Virus record (IMG/VR): IMGVR_UViG_3300017992_000027
Coordinates: 1-62,501 of that record
Source of the DNA: a virus
Lineage: Duplodnaviria; Caudoviricetes
Strand: one strand, 5' to 3'
Length of the DNA stretch: 62,501 bases
The stretch's first letter is position 1; every line of letters begins with the position of its first letter. The position numbers and the translations under genes were made by a program. Shown here in pieces: positions 54,736 through 62,501 of the stretch. Under the pieces are notes generated by a model. That model was not told where the DNA came from and searched no databases. It saw only the letters and a list, made by a program, of their open reading frames with translations.

Positions 54736-56205
54736 CTACAATGCTGCATTCTGACTAGACAGCATACCTCCAAGTGTATTTGCAAACTGCTTCCCGCCAG
54801 CTCCACTGATCTCTCTACTTGTTTGCACTGTAATGTTCGGATTATTGTTGATCACTCTGCTTGATGTATTATTGACAGAAGTAACAGGTCTTCCAGCTGG
54901 TGATATCCCTGCTGCACCTGGAGATACATCTTTTACCTTTATCTCTTTCTCCTCGTCTCCTCCTAAGAAATTACTGATCTTTTCAAAGCCTTCAATTAGG
55001 AATTTGAACGGTTTGAGTAATGCTTCCAACACTGATTTCAACATCTCAAAGTTATCCTTCACTCTCTGAACGAAGTTCTGTACGAACTTAAGCTTCATGA
55101 ATTTTCCGACCCATCCAGCGAGTACCTTTCCAATTGCCATACCAACTCTAAACATCAACTTCATTGGAGTAAGTGCAACTTTCAAGACGAACCCGACGAT
55201 CTTACCAACAACACGAAGTGTATCAGCAAGAATACCGAAGACATCAACAAGACCCATTGCTTGTGATTGTCCTTCAGCTAGAGGTGCAAATATTTCATTA
55301 ATCACATCCAAGATCGGATCAATGATAGCGAATACTCCATCAAACAATCCACCAAGTAGTTTTCCAACACCTTTTAAGATTGTGAAGAGGGGAGTGAAGA
55401 TGAGTTTGAATAGAGGCCCAAGCTTCTGAAGAGACTTCTGGAAATTGATCATCGTCTTTCCAAACACATCTCTGAAAACACCCATCAATCCAAACACTTG
55501 TTTCTGAATGCCGCCAATGTTCAAATCCCAAATCTTTTTGAGCGTGAACACTGCAGCTACAATACCAAGAATAGGGAGGGCGATGCTGGCCAGAACTGGA
55601 ATCAGTGCACCAGCGCTTGTTGCTATACCACTGAAGATAGTGGGGATATTCTTTAGCATCGCCGTCGCCCCTCCGGAGAATGCTTTGTGGAAGTTCTTAC
55701 CGAACGTCGCTATGTTAGTGGAGAAATTCTGGAAGAACCCAGAGAAAACAGAATCTAGTGATTTACCATCTTTCGTCAATGTAGCAAACGCTTTATTGAA
55801 GCGGCCCATTGACATGTTCATATCATTCAACCTATCTAACGGTCGTCTAAACATTGGTGATAGTAATCCACCAATAAGAGGGATCCTACTGATGACGTCT
55901 GCTAATTGATCTCCGCCATGACCGACAAGTTCATTGAATGCTTCTTGCTGATCGTTTACATCTTGCAATCTCCATTCAAGCATTTGCATCTTATTCGCAA
56001 CACTACCTTCTAGTGCTGCAACCTGTTCTAAAGATGCTCCTGACATTCGAAGTTGCCTAACACTATCTTGAAATGCATCTCGCATTCCTTCAGCTTCTTT
56101 CTTCGCTGCAAAGAAATTACTCTGAAGGCTACTTGTCTTCTTCCATAGAGCGTTAGCTTGACTAATGCTCTTACTGAAGTCCATGTTGACTTCGAAGTTT
56201 ACCAC
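54736..56205 (-). CDS. Tape measure protein
   Basis: 489 aa amphipathic helical repeats; follows the chaperone; GTG start. Confidence 0.8.
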   Translation of the reverse strand: MVNFEVNMDFSKSISQANALWKKTSSLQSNFFAAKKEAEGMRDAFQDSVRQLRMSGASLEQVAALEGSVANKMQMLEWRLQDVNDQQEAFNELVGHGGDQLADVISRIPLIGGLLSPMFRRPLDRLNDMNMSMGRFNKAFATLTKDGKSLDSVFSGFFQNFSTNIATFGKNFHKAFSGGATAMLKNIPTIFSGIATSAGALIPVLASIALPILGIVAAVFTLKKIWDLNIGGIQKQVFGLMGVFRDVFGKTMINFQKSLQKLGPLFKLIFTPLFTILKGVGKLLGGLFDGVFAIIDPILDVINEIFAPLAEGQSQAMGLVDVFGILADTLRVVGKIVGFVLKVALTPMKLMFRVGMAIGKVLAGWVGKFMKLKFVQNFVQRVKDNFEMLKSVLEALLKPFKFLIEGFEKISNFLGGDEEKEIKVKDVSPGAAGISPAGRPVTSVNNTSSRVINNNPNITVQTSREISGAGGKQFANTLGGMLSSQNAAL

Positions 56206-56220
56206 GATCTTTTACCTCTT

Positions 56221-56690
56221 TCAGCCGTCTTCTTTGTGATCATCTGCGTATTTGATGTATGAGTATGCTTTTAGCAAATCTCTTCTAGTCATTCTCCTGA
56301 TTTCGTCAGGGGTTTTTCTGTAGCGGAGACTGACGATGAGCTTGAGACGTTCCCACTCGTCTGTTTCGTAGAGCTCATCTGCTCCCACAAAAAAGACATG
56401 TCCTCGTCAGCAAACACATTTATTCCATCGACTAATCTCTTCAAAGTACTGATCTTGTATTTCTTCAGATCTTGCTCACCAATCTTTGGTGTCACAAGTG
56501 CTTTTGCTACAAGCATCAACCCCTTTGTGAAATCAGATATGTGTTCGATCCGTGATGCTACACGGTCAACCTGCTCATATTGTTCTCCGTTAGGTTCAGC
56601 CAACGTAAAGCTTCCCTCACGCGTCTCAACCGTAACTGTACCGTCTGTGTTTAATGTAAGCCATTCAGGCTTAGTCTTTTTGTCTGTCAT
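56221..56690 (-). CDS. Tail assembly chaperone G (56289-56690) and -1 frameshift product GT (to 56221)
   Basis: Slippery T-TTT-TTG at 56394-56388; the -1 frame encodes ...KTPDEIRRMTRRDL... to a stop at 56221. Confidence 0.75.
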
Positions 56691-56916
56691 CTTGTGTTTC
56701 CTCTGGCTTCTCGCCTTTATCAAGTTCTTTGACTTTTATCTCGTTCAAATTATGAACTACCATAATCCCATTTCGCGAAGAGTACGTCATTTCCACATGT
56801 GGTCCATCTGGAATGACCTCAAGATCTTTGCACCAGTCACCTAGTCGGAACTCGTCCTCAGTGAACTGAAAGATCTTCTTCGTCTTCGTCTTCTCTACCG
56901 TTGTTATTTCTCTCAT
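56671..56916 (-). CDS. Hypothetical protein
   Basis: Start MREITT after a GGTGA RBS. Confidence 0.5.
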   Translation of the reverse strand: MREITTVEKTKTKKIFQFTEDEFRLGDWCKDLEVIPDGPHVEMTYSSRNGIMVVHNLNEIKVKELDKGEKPEETQDDRQKD

Positions 56917-56971
56917 GATTTCACCATCTCGGTTTTGTTGTTTGTGTTCTTTCAAAAAGAAAGAAAAAAAT

Positions 56972-57376
56972 TTAGAGCAGTTGCCAGTTGAGTGCTTTGA
57001 ACGGTAGCGCGTTCTTTGCATAACCATCTAGTTCTAGACTGTTTATGTCAAAGCCATCAAACTTCGCACCTAGTACTGTGATCGTACGAGCCGGTTCCTT
57101 ACCTGATACAACTGATGCTGTAATGGTAATTGCTGGCCATACGCCCAAGTCTGGTGGAAAGAGCTCATTCAACGTTTCATTGTCGATGTATGCTCTGTTC
57201 AACGTACCGCTTACGTTCTTTTTGCCGTCAACTACTTCTACTCCGTAATACGTTCCTGCTTCGAAAGCAACTTCATTGTCAGCTGATACGGACACGTCCA
57301 TACCTTCTGCGCCGCCAATGATGTTCCCGTCTACACTGAAGATCACGTCTTTTGCTGAAATTCTTTGATTAACCAT
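56972..57376 (-). CDS. Tail tube protein
   Basis: 134 aa after the sheath gene; G...VSGTL.RAY; oligo-T terminator downstream. Confidence 0.8.
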   Translation of the reverse strand: MVNQRISAKDVIFSVDGNIIGGAEGMDVSVSADNEVAFEAGTYYGVEVVDGKKNVSGTLNRAYIDNETLNELFPPDLGVWPAITITASVVSGKEPARTITVLGAKFDGFDINSLELDGYAKNALPFKALNWQLL

Positions 57377-57387
57377 TTTCGCTTACC

Positions 57388-58830
57388 TCACTCACTCACC
57401 TGACTGATGTTCAGTGTCACGTTGATGAAGTTAATCGCGAACGTTGGCCTGATTGACATAGTCACCAGTACAGTGTCCGGACTAGAACCTTCAGCTACAT
57501 CTGTAGCATTGTAAGCCACAATGATCTCGTCAAGTTTATCCTGTTCAAGAAGACCGTCTACTTCTCGCGCCATAATATTACGGATGCGTTGTAGGTTCGG
57601 ATCTCCAACGAATGGATTGAGTTTGTCAAAGACTTGTGCCTTTACATAGTCTACAATTCTCACGATGTTTACTTCATAGAAGATACTTGACGTATCTGCA
57701 TCTCGAGTTACTCCTCTTGACGCTTGAATTGATGTTCCAATCTTTGTGATCGGTACAATTCTATTCTGAAGTAGTTGCTCTTGCTCTCCGTTGTTGTAGT
57801 ACTCTTTACCTGTACTTTGCAATACAGATACTCCTTCAACATTCAACGTCTTATGCGTTGGGCTAATATGAGGCAGTCCGCTTGCTGTTCTTGCTGCATA
57901 ACTACATGCCAGATATGAGCCGTTGAAGACTTGCTCTGTGCCATCAGCTCGATGTGTGTACTTCAAATTCGGCGCAACTAATGAAAGTCTTGCTCCACTT
58001 GCTGTTCGTGCTGAAGCTGTTGCGATTGTTTCATCAATGCCAATTCCTGACATGAATATCGCGAACTTATCTTCTGTTGAAGCTCGTGTGTTGAGCTTAC
58101 CTACCATCGTAGCGTGGAAGCTATCTAGTGCTTCAAGTGCGTCTCCACCTGGAATAACTAGGATGTCAAAATCCTCATTACTCAAGACGTTATCAAACGC
58201 ATCTGTGTAGTCTGCTGCTACGAGAGAATCTTCTCCGTCGTCTCCCCCAGACAAAAAAGTCTGTGTGATTGCATCTACAAGATTTGCTGATTCACTTCCT
58301 GCTTTCACTGCCACTGATACTAGTTGGCTTGTTCCGTTGATTGCTGCAGCGATTGCCGCGTTCGTGGTATACCCATTACCATTGTTGCTATAGACTTCCA
58401 ATAGCTGGCCGTCTGTAACTTCAACGGTTCGGGTCGCTCCATCAGCGGTGATCGTTACACCAATGTTATCTCCGTACGTCCCTTCGTAAAGTCCACTGAA
58501 CGTAAGTACTGCTGCTTCTCCTCCGCTGTTTCCATCAAACACTTCGTCTGATTTGGCAGCATCAGTATCTGCAACACGTACTGCAAGTACAACGCCGGCA
58601 CCATCTCTATAGAGAAGGTCGAGTCCCTTTGGCAAGCTGATTGTAGCTCCGGATGAGTCTTTGTCATCCTTGAACACATTCAATCCTTGGGAGAAGCTAG
58701 CAAGCGTTTGCATGCTTTCTATTGGCCCCCATGTGCTTGTACCAATTATGGCCACGATACCCGGTCCGGCCTGTTCTTGCAACGTCAGAGCTTCACGGAC
58801 GTCAACTCTTACATTTGGTCTTAATCCCAT
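57388..58830 (-). CDS. Tail sheath protein
   Basis: WGPI, LSGG.DG, IVRIVD, F.G.PN, P..AINFI motifs of contractile sheaths. Confidence 0.9.
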   Translation of the reverse strand: MGLRPNVRVDVREALTLQEQAGPGIVAIIGTSTWGPIESMQTLASFSQGLNVFKDDKDSSGATISLPKGLDLLYRDGAGVVLAVRVADTDAAKSDEVFDGNSGGEAAVLTFSGLYEGTYGDNIGVTITADGATRTVEVTDGQLLEVYSNNGNGYTTNAAIAAAINGTSQLVSVAVKAGSESANLVDAITQTFLSGGDDGEDSLVAADYTDAFDNVLSNEDFDILVIPGGDALEALDSFHATMVGKLNTRASTEDKFAIFMSGIGIDETIATASARTASGARLSLVAPNLKYTHRADGTEQVFNGSYLACSYAARTASGLPHISPTHKTLNVEGVSVLQSTGKEYYNNGEQEQLLQNRIVPITKIGTSIQASRGVTRDADTSSIFYEVNIVRIVDYVKAQVFDKLNPFVGDPNLQRIRNIMAREVDGLLEQDKLDEIIVAYNATDVAEGSSPDTVLVTMSIRPTFAINFINVTLNISQVSE

Positions 58831-58842
58831 GTTTTCTTACTC

Positions 58843-59124
58843 CTACCGTTGTCGGTATACTTGTTTTTTGATTTCTTTATACTCAGATTCGGGCATCACG
58901 CCTTTCTGGTCCCACCATTGAAAAAGCAGTGGATCTGGTTTATCGCTATCTTGTTTAGCCCATTCTCCTGCTTTAAACATCTGTCCCGTCTTCTTCGGAG
59001 CGGGTTTTGGCTCTTCAGGTTCAGACTCAGATGAATCTTCGGGGACTGTGAGTGTAACTTCCTCTTCTTCTAGAGGTTCTTCTGTTTCTTTCTTTTTCTT
59101 TTTGCCCATTTTACCACCTACCAT
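58843..59124 (-). CDS. Small hypothetical tail protein
   Basis: Acidic/basic low-complexity ORF upstream of the sheath gene. Confidence 0.5.
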   Translation of the reverse strand: MVGGKMGKKKKKETEEPLEEEEVTLTVPEDSSESEPEEPKPAPKKTGQMFKAGEWAKQDSDKPDPLLFQWWDQKGVMPESEYKEIKKQVYRQR

Positions 59125-59129
59125 GAAAA

Positions 59130-59786
59130 TCATGGAATGTTGCCGTCCACTTCTGATCCGTCTTCGAGCTGAATCAGAAGATCTTGATTATAGCTACCTA
59201 TGATTTTCGGTATATCTTCAGTCCACACATTCTTCATGACAATGGTCATGCTTATCTCTCCAGCCCATAGAAAATCATTGTCTTCATATGTTCCTTCGAT
59301 GTCTGTAATGGTGAAGTCTAAATCCTTGTCAATGAATGACCGTCTATTTCTCATCAATGTATTCTGGATCTTATCGAGTAGCCACATAACCTGAGCTGAA
59401 TTTTCAACGAATCGTTTTGATCCATCATAGTCTACAACCTCAAGTGCTTTATACTTCGTCTTCTTCGTGAACACTGCAACAGTGACAGGAATCGTGACTA
59501 TGTTAGTATTGACAGCTCTGACTAATTGTTGAGAAGCATCCTTCTCATATTCTAGAAATTGACCAGCAGTCCACTCTTGGGCGTTCGCAACGCCATGAAT
59601 GATTGCGATACGAGGATAGTTCTCATCGTTTGCTTCTGGTGTTGTAGGGAAGATCCATTTCCTCTCTGATTCTTTTGGACGCTCTCGTCTCTCAGGGTTA
59701 GGATCTAGAACATTAGCGTGTATGACATCATGAACTACTTGCAGGGGGTCGAAGAAAATATTCCTTTCTCTATGTATGATTGCCAT
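59130..59786 (-). CDS. Tail terminator/completion protein
   Basis: P..P....YPRIAI motif; position. Confidence 0.6.
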   Translation of the reverse strand: MAIIHRERNIFFDPLQVVHDVIHANVLDPNPERRERPKESERKWIFPTTPEANDENYPRIAIIHGVANAQEWTAGQFLEYEKDASQQLVRAVNTNIVTIPVTVAVFTKKTKYKALEVVDYDGSKRFVENSAQVMWLLDKIQNTLMRNRRSFIDKDLDFTITDIEGTYEDNDFLWAGEISMTIVMKNVWTEDIPKIIGSYNQDLLIQLEDGSEVDGNIP

Positions 59787-59869
59787 CTATTCACGCTCGT
59801 TATGAGTCATGGATTCACTCAGTTTTTAGAGTGAAAACATTTTGTTATGATTGTTAGTGGATTCTGACG

Positions 59870-59881
59870 TATTTAAAAATA
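59870..59881 (-). promoter_or_regulatory. Late promoter motif TATTTTTAAATA
   Basis: Exact 12-mer upstream of the tail operon. Confidence 0.65.
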
Positions 59882-59882
59882 T

Positions 59883-60320
59883 TCAACGAAGTGCTTTGAG
59901 TTCTTTCTTGAACTGAATTGCTAATTGACGTTGAAATCGCTCATCATTACCAACGTTATTCAAAGTCTTCTTTACAAACTGCCTACCCTCAAAACCCGGG
60001 TGTTGTACCTGCTTAGCAAAGAAGTGTTTTGATCCTTTTTGCCAATGCAAAGCCTTAGCATTCTTTGCTCTGATAACGTGAGGATCAGTACCTTCTTCAA
60101 GCAATTTTACAATCGAGTATTTTTTATTACGAGTCAATGCTGTATTGACAAGCTTGAATTTACCTGGAGTGCCTGTCTCTTCGACCTTCCAAGAGCGACT
60201 CGTGATTCTAGTCTTCTTTGGTGTAGCAGCCTCGAGAGCTACAAGATATGAATTCTCAAGTGCATATTGCAATGATCGAGTCATTGCTCCTTCAAGGGGA
60301 GTAGTGGGCATCGTGATCAA
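59883..60320 (-). CDS. Neck protein (HK97 gp10-like)
   Basis: TPKKT, LEEGT.PH.I..K.AKAL, V.HPG. Confidence 0.75.
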   Translation of the reverse strand: MITMPTTPLEGAMTRSLQYALENSYLVALEAATPKKTRITSRSWKVEETGTPGKFKLVNTALTRNKKYSIVKLLEEGTDPHVIRAKNAKALHWQKGSKHFFAKQVQHPGFEGRQFVKKTLNNVGNDERFQRQLAIQFKKELKALR

Positions 60321-60765
60321 CTCTCTTTAGTGTAAATTCTTGCCAGACATATTGACCGCGATAGAATGGCTTATTGTGGTTTTGAATAATGAAAACCTCT
60401 CCTGGTTTGATACCAAAACATCGTTGGTTCTCATCTTTCAAAAACTTCACGAGATCATCATTCTCGAGATCAACATCCCACCTACAGAAAGCATGAAAGG
60501 TTGAATCATTCGTCACAATCCCCTGTCTATCTCTACGATATGCATTAGAATTCTCTGCTTCAATAAACATCTTGACAATACGTCTCAATGTCTCTGGTTC
60601 AGTTCGCGTCCCGAAGAAATCTCCGTTGTGTGTGACATCTCTATCTTTACGATTTGATATGATCTCCACATCAACCGCGTTCGCTAGAAAGATCGCTTCA
60701 AAATCTTCGCGCATCCGTCCAGGATCAAAAGTCGGAATCTTCTCACATGCATATGTATATGTCAT
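60292..60765 (-). CDS. Head closure protein
   Basis: Position between adaptor and neck genes; beta-rich. Confidence 0.5.
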   Translation of the reverse strand: MTYTYACEKIPTFDPGRMREDFEAIFLANAVDVEIISNRKDRDVTHNGDFFGTRTEPETLRRIVKMFIEAENSNAYRRDRQGIVTNDSTFHAFCRWDVDLENDDLVKFLKDENQRCFGIKPGEVFIIQNHNKPFYRGQYVWQEFTLKRVDHDAHYSP

Positions 60766-60776
60766 TCGCTATGTCC

Positions 60777-61127
60777 TCATGGCAAATCTTGGTCTATCTT
60801 AAATCTTCCCAACGGGATTGTATTTATGGCAGAGCCAATTGTGACTTGCAATTCAGCATCATAGACGCCGGCGGTATCTAGATCTCCGGCAACAGTTGTA
60901 TAAGAGCATTCCCCAAGAACAGGATCGTCAAGCGTACATGTTCCGCTGACTTTATTTGTTGTGGTGTTGATCTGTTTCATTTTCAATAGAACAGTTCCAG
61001 TAGTTAGATCTACAAGAGAGTCATCATTATTTCTCACAACGAACTCTGGTTTGATCCCGACATCATCAGCGTTCAAATCAGGAAACTGATTGTACGCCGC
61101 CCCTTCAAGTATGATTATTGATTTCAT
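60777..61127 (-). CDS. BppU-N-like virion protein
   Basis: VDLT..TV.L.M...G.C.Y..V.GDLD.AG.Y.AEL.VT. Confidence 0.6.
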   Translation of the reverse strand: MKSIIILEGAAYNQFPDLNADDVGIKPEFVVRNNDDSLVDLTTGTVLLKMKQINTTTNKVSGTCTLDDPVLGECSYTTVAGDLDTAGVYDAELQVTIGSAINTIPLGRFKIDQDLP

Positions 61128-61425
61128 CGAGCTTCCTCCATTTCTCACTCATTCCATGCGACCTAAGACTTACTTGCTCTTCTAATTCCATGAGCCGTTT
61201 CAACTTTGTTTCAACACATGCGATTTTCGCATCAAGGTTATGCGTCTCAAGATCATACACATATGTGATATGCTTCTGATTCACAACATTCTGCACTTTT
61301 GTGATGAACAACCTATCCACATCTTGTAGTGCACCAAAGAACGATCTAATATCGTTTCTGTCCCACGCACTTCTTATGTTCTCCATGCTCTCTAGAAAGA
61401 GTGCATATTCATGTGATTTCTTCAT
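61105..61425 (-). CDS. Hypothetical protein
   Basis: 106-aa ORF in operon. Confidence 0.45.
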   Translation of the reverse strand: MKKSHEYALFLESMENIRSAWDRNDIRSFFGALQDVDRLFITKVQNVVNQKHITYVYDLETHNLDAKIACVETKLKRLMELEEQVSLRSHGMSEKWRKLDEINNHT

Positions 61426-62501
61426 GGTGTTCTCCGAAAGTTGAGCGTACTAACAAAGTCTCGAAGATCAACTCTTTGTGGTCTTCGGATTGTTGTGAAT
61501 GCTGTATATGGGAGTTCAATACTTTGAATGATCTTCACTGCTCTCTTATGATTATCATCAAGAATCTTTTGCATCACATCATAATCGAATGAAACATTCA
61601 CGCCTCCCATACTCCAACTAGGAATTCCTCTTTGCAAGATCTTGAATGGGACGTTTTCGAAAAGATAATTCACGGCGAATAGCTTATTCAATTGCTTAAG
61701 ATGAATGTTCATCCATCGCTTCTCTCCAGCAACAGTTGTAGCTACACAGTCAAATTTCAACTTCTCCCACGTCTCATGCCAAATGATGTTCAATCGTTTG
61801 TTAGCAGTAGGACGTGCCGTTCCAAATTCAATGACTTGTCTATCTACATCAACTGATACAATATCAGATGTAACATCTGTTCTTGGCCCTGGAACTCCCA
61901 TCACAGTGTCGAATGGTTCTTCCCAAGCGTAAAAATCATTCTTATCAATTGGTCTATTGTCCAGATTGGAATCAGCAAATGTAAGACGTGGATGTACATC
62001 GAGACGATGCTCAGACATGGAAGTTCCTGTTGAATAAATTCTTGGGTTATACAACCTTCTACTAATCTCGCTTGCTCCATATGCAATTGCTTCATCAAGC
62101 AAATCATCTCCAACTCCAGTGATGCAAGTTAGAGCACGAAACTCATCCTTCGTGATATATCCGGCGGGGCAATCAGACCAAGTTGGACCGATTGCTTCAC
62201 TTCTGTTATATTCAAACGCTGCTACACTATTGTAGCAAGCATATTCGTAGTAATCGGTGTCAGTCCCGGTCAGATCCAAATACACAGTGCATTTCTGTGG
62301 GTTAGCATAGTCAGTATCAACAGTTGCGAGAAGAGTGTACGTCTCTCCACCATCAGTGCTCTTATAGATTTTCAGTTGATCACAATCTAGCTTCGTCACC
62401 CCGCCTTGTGCATATTGTTGAAAAAGTAGACCGGATGTGATAGTCATTCCTGTCACTGGTGTAATTGTATCTATCTCGTGGATCTCAGACGTTTCAGAGC
62501 A
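61422..62501 (-). CDS. Head-tail adaptor protein, reading frame open to the window end
   Basis: YITKDEFRAL..., SWSMGGVNVSF adaptor-like motifs; frame continues CSETSEIHEIDTITPV upstream of 62456. Confidence 0.6.
   Translation of the reverse strand, partial: CSETSEIHEIDTITPVTGMTITSGLLFQQYAQGGVTKLDCDQLKIYKSTDGGETYTLLATVDTDYANPQKCTVYLDLTGTDTDYYEYACYNSVAAFEYNRSEAIGPTWSDCPAGYITKDEFRALTCITGVGDDLLDEAIAYGASEISRRLYNPRIYSTGTSMSEHRLDVHPRLTFADSNLDNRPIDKNDFYAWEEPFDTVMGVPGPRTDVTSDIVSVDVDRQVIEFGTARPTANKRLNIIWHETWEKLKFDCVATTVAGEKRWMNIHLKQLNKLFAVNYLFENVPFKILQRGIPSWSMGGVNVSFDYDVMQKILDDNHKRAVKIIQSIELPYTAFTTIRRPQRVDLRDFVSTLNFRRTP

Noticed and set aside
62456-62501. Exact circular closure of the genome at the window ends
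   Set aside because: Joining the ends closes the 188-start ORF (...VGCIALKRLRSTR*), but the adaptor frame is also open and protein-like up to 62501. Some sequence may be missing, so closure cannot be decided.
1-62501. Many antisense 60-185 aa ORFs, alternative genetic code, and a lysogeny module
   Set aside because: The antisense ORFs are Ser/Phe/Leu-rich shadows of real genes. Conserved genes are intact under the standard code with TAA, TAG and TGA all used as stops. No integrase was recognised.

Overview
The window is most or all of the genome of a lytic contractile-tailed virus (myovirus, Caudoviricetes). The host is most likely an archaeon. The evidence is an MCM-type helicase, a family B polymerase with an intein, TATA-box promoters about 25 nt before start codons, GGAGG/GGTGA Shine-Dalgarno sites, many Zn-finger microproteins, and a papain-like peptidase where a muralytic endolysin would normally sit. 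There are four transcription blocks. (1) Late/structural genes on the minus strand (41.1-62.5 kb continuing into 1-15.3 kb): lysis, fibres, baseplate, tail, neck, capsid, internal head proteins, portal and terminase. (2) Replication genes on the plus strand (15.6-30.3 kb), starting at an inverted-repeat origin candidate. (3) Small early/host-takeover genes on the minus strand (30.3-34.4 kb). (4) Nucleotide metabolism and repair genes on the plus strand (34.7-41.2 kb). I saw no integrase, tRNA or CRISPR array. The most notable signals are: a family of head-associated cargo proteins sharing an M[KR]YTEKL..L..E leader reminiscent of the T4 capsid-targeting sequence; a kinase/dCTPase/Asp-type thymidylate-synthase-like/deaminase cluster predicting modified cytosine or an unusual thymidylate route; four adhesin-like proteins sharing a docking motif with the main fibre; a 31-bp perfect inverted-repeat origin; a 12-bp late promoter repeated six times; and a -1 frameshift in the tail chaperone. 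All functional calls come from motif recognition by eye, not from database searches.
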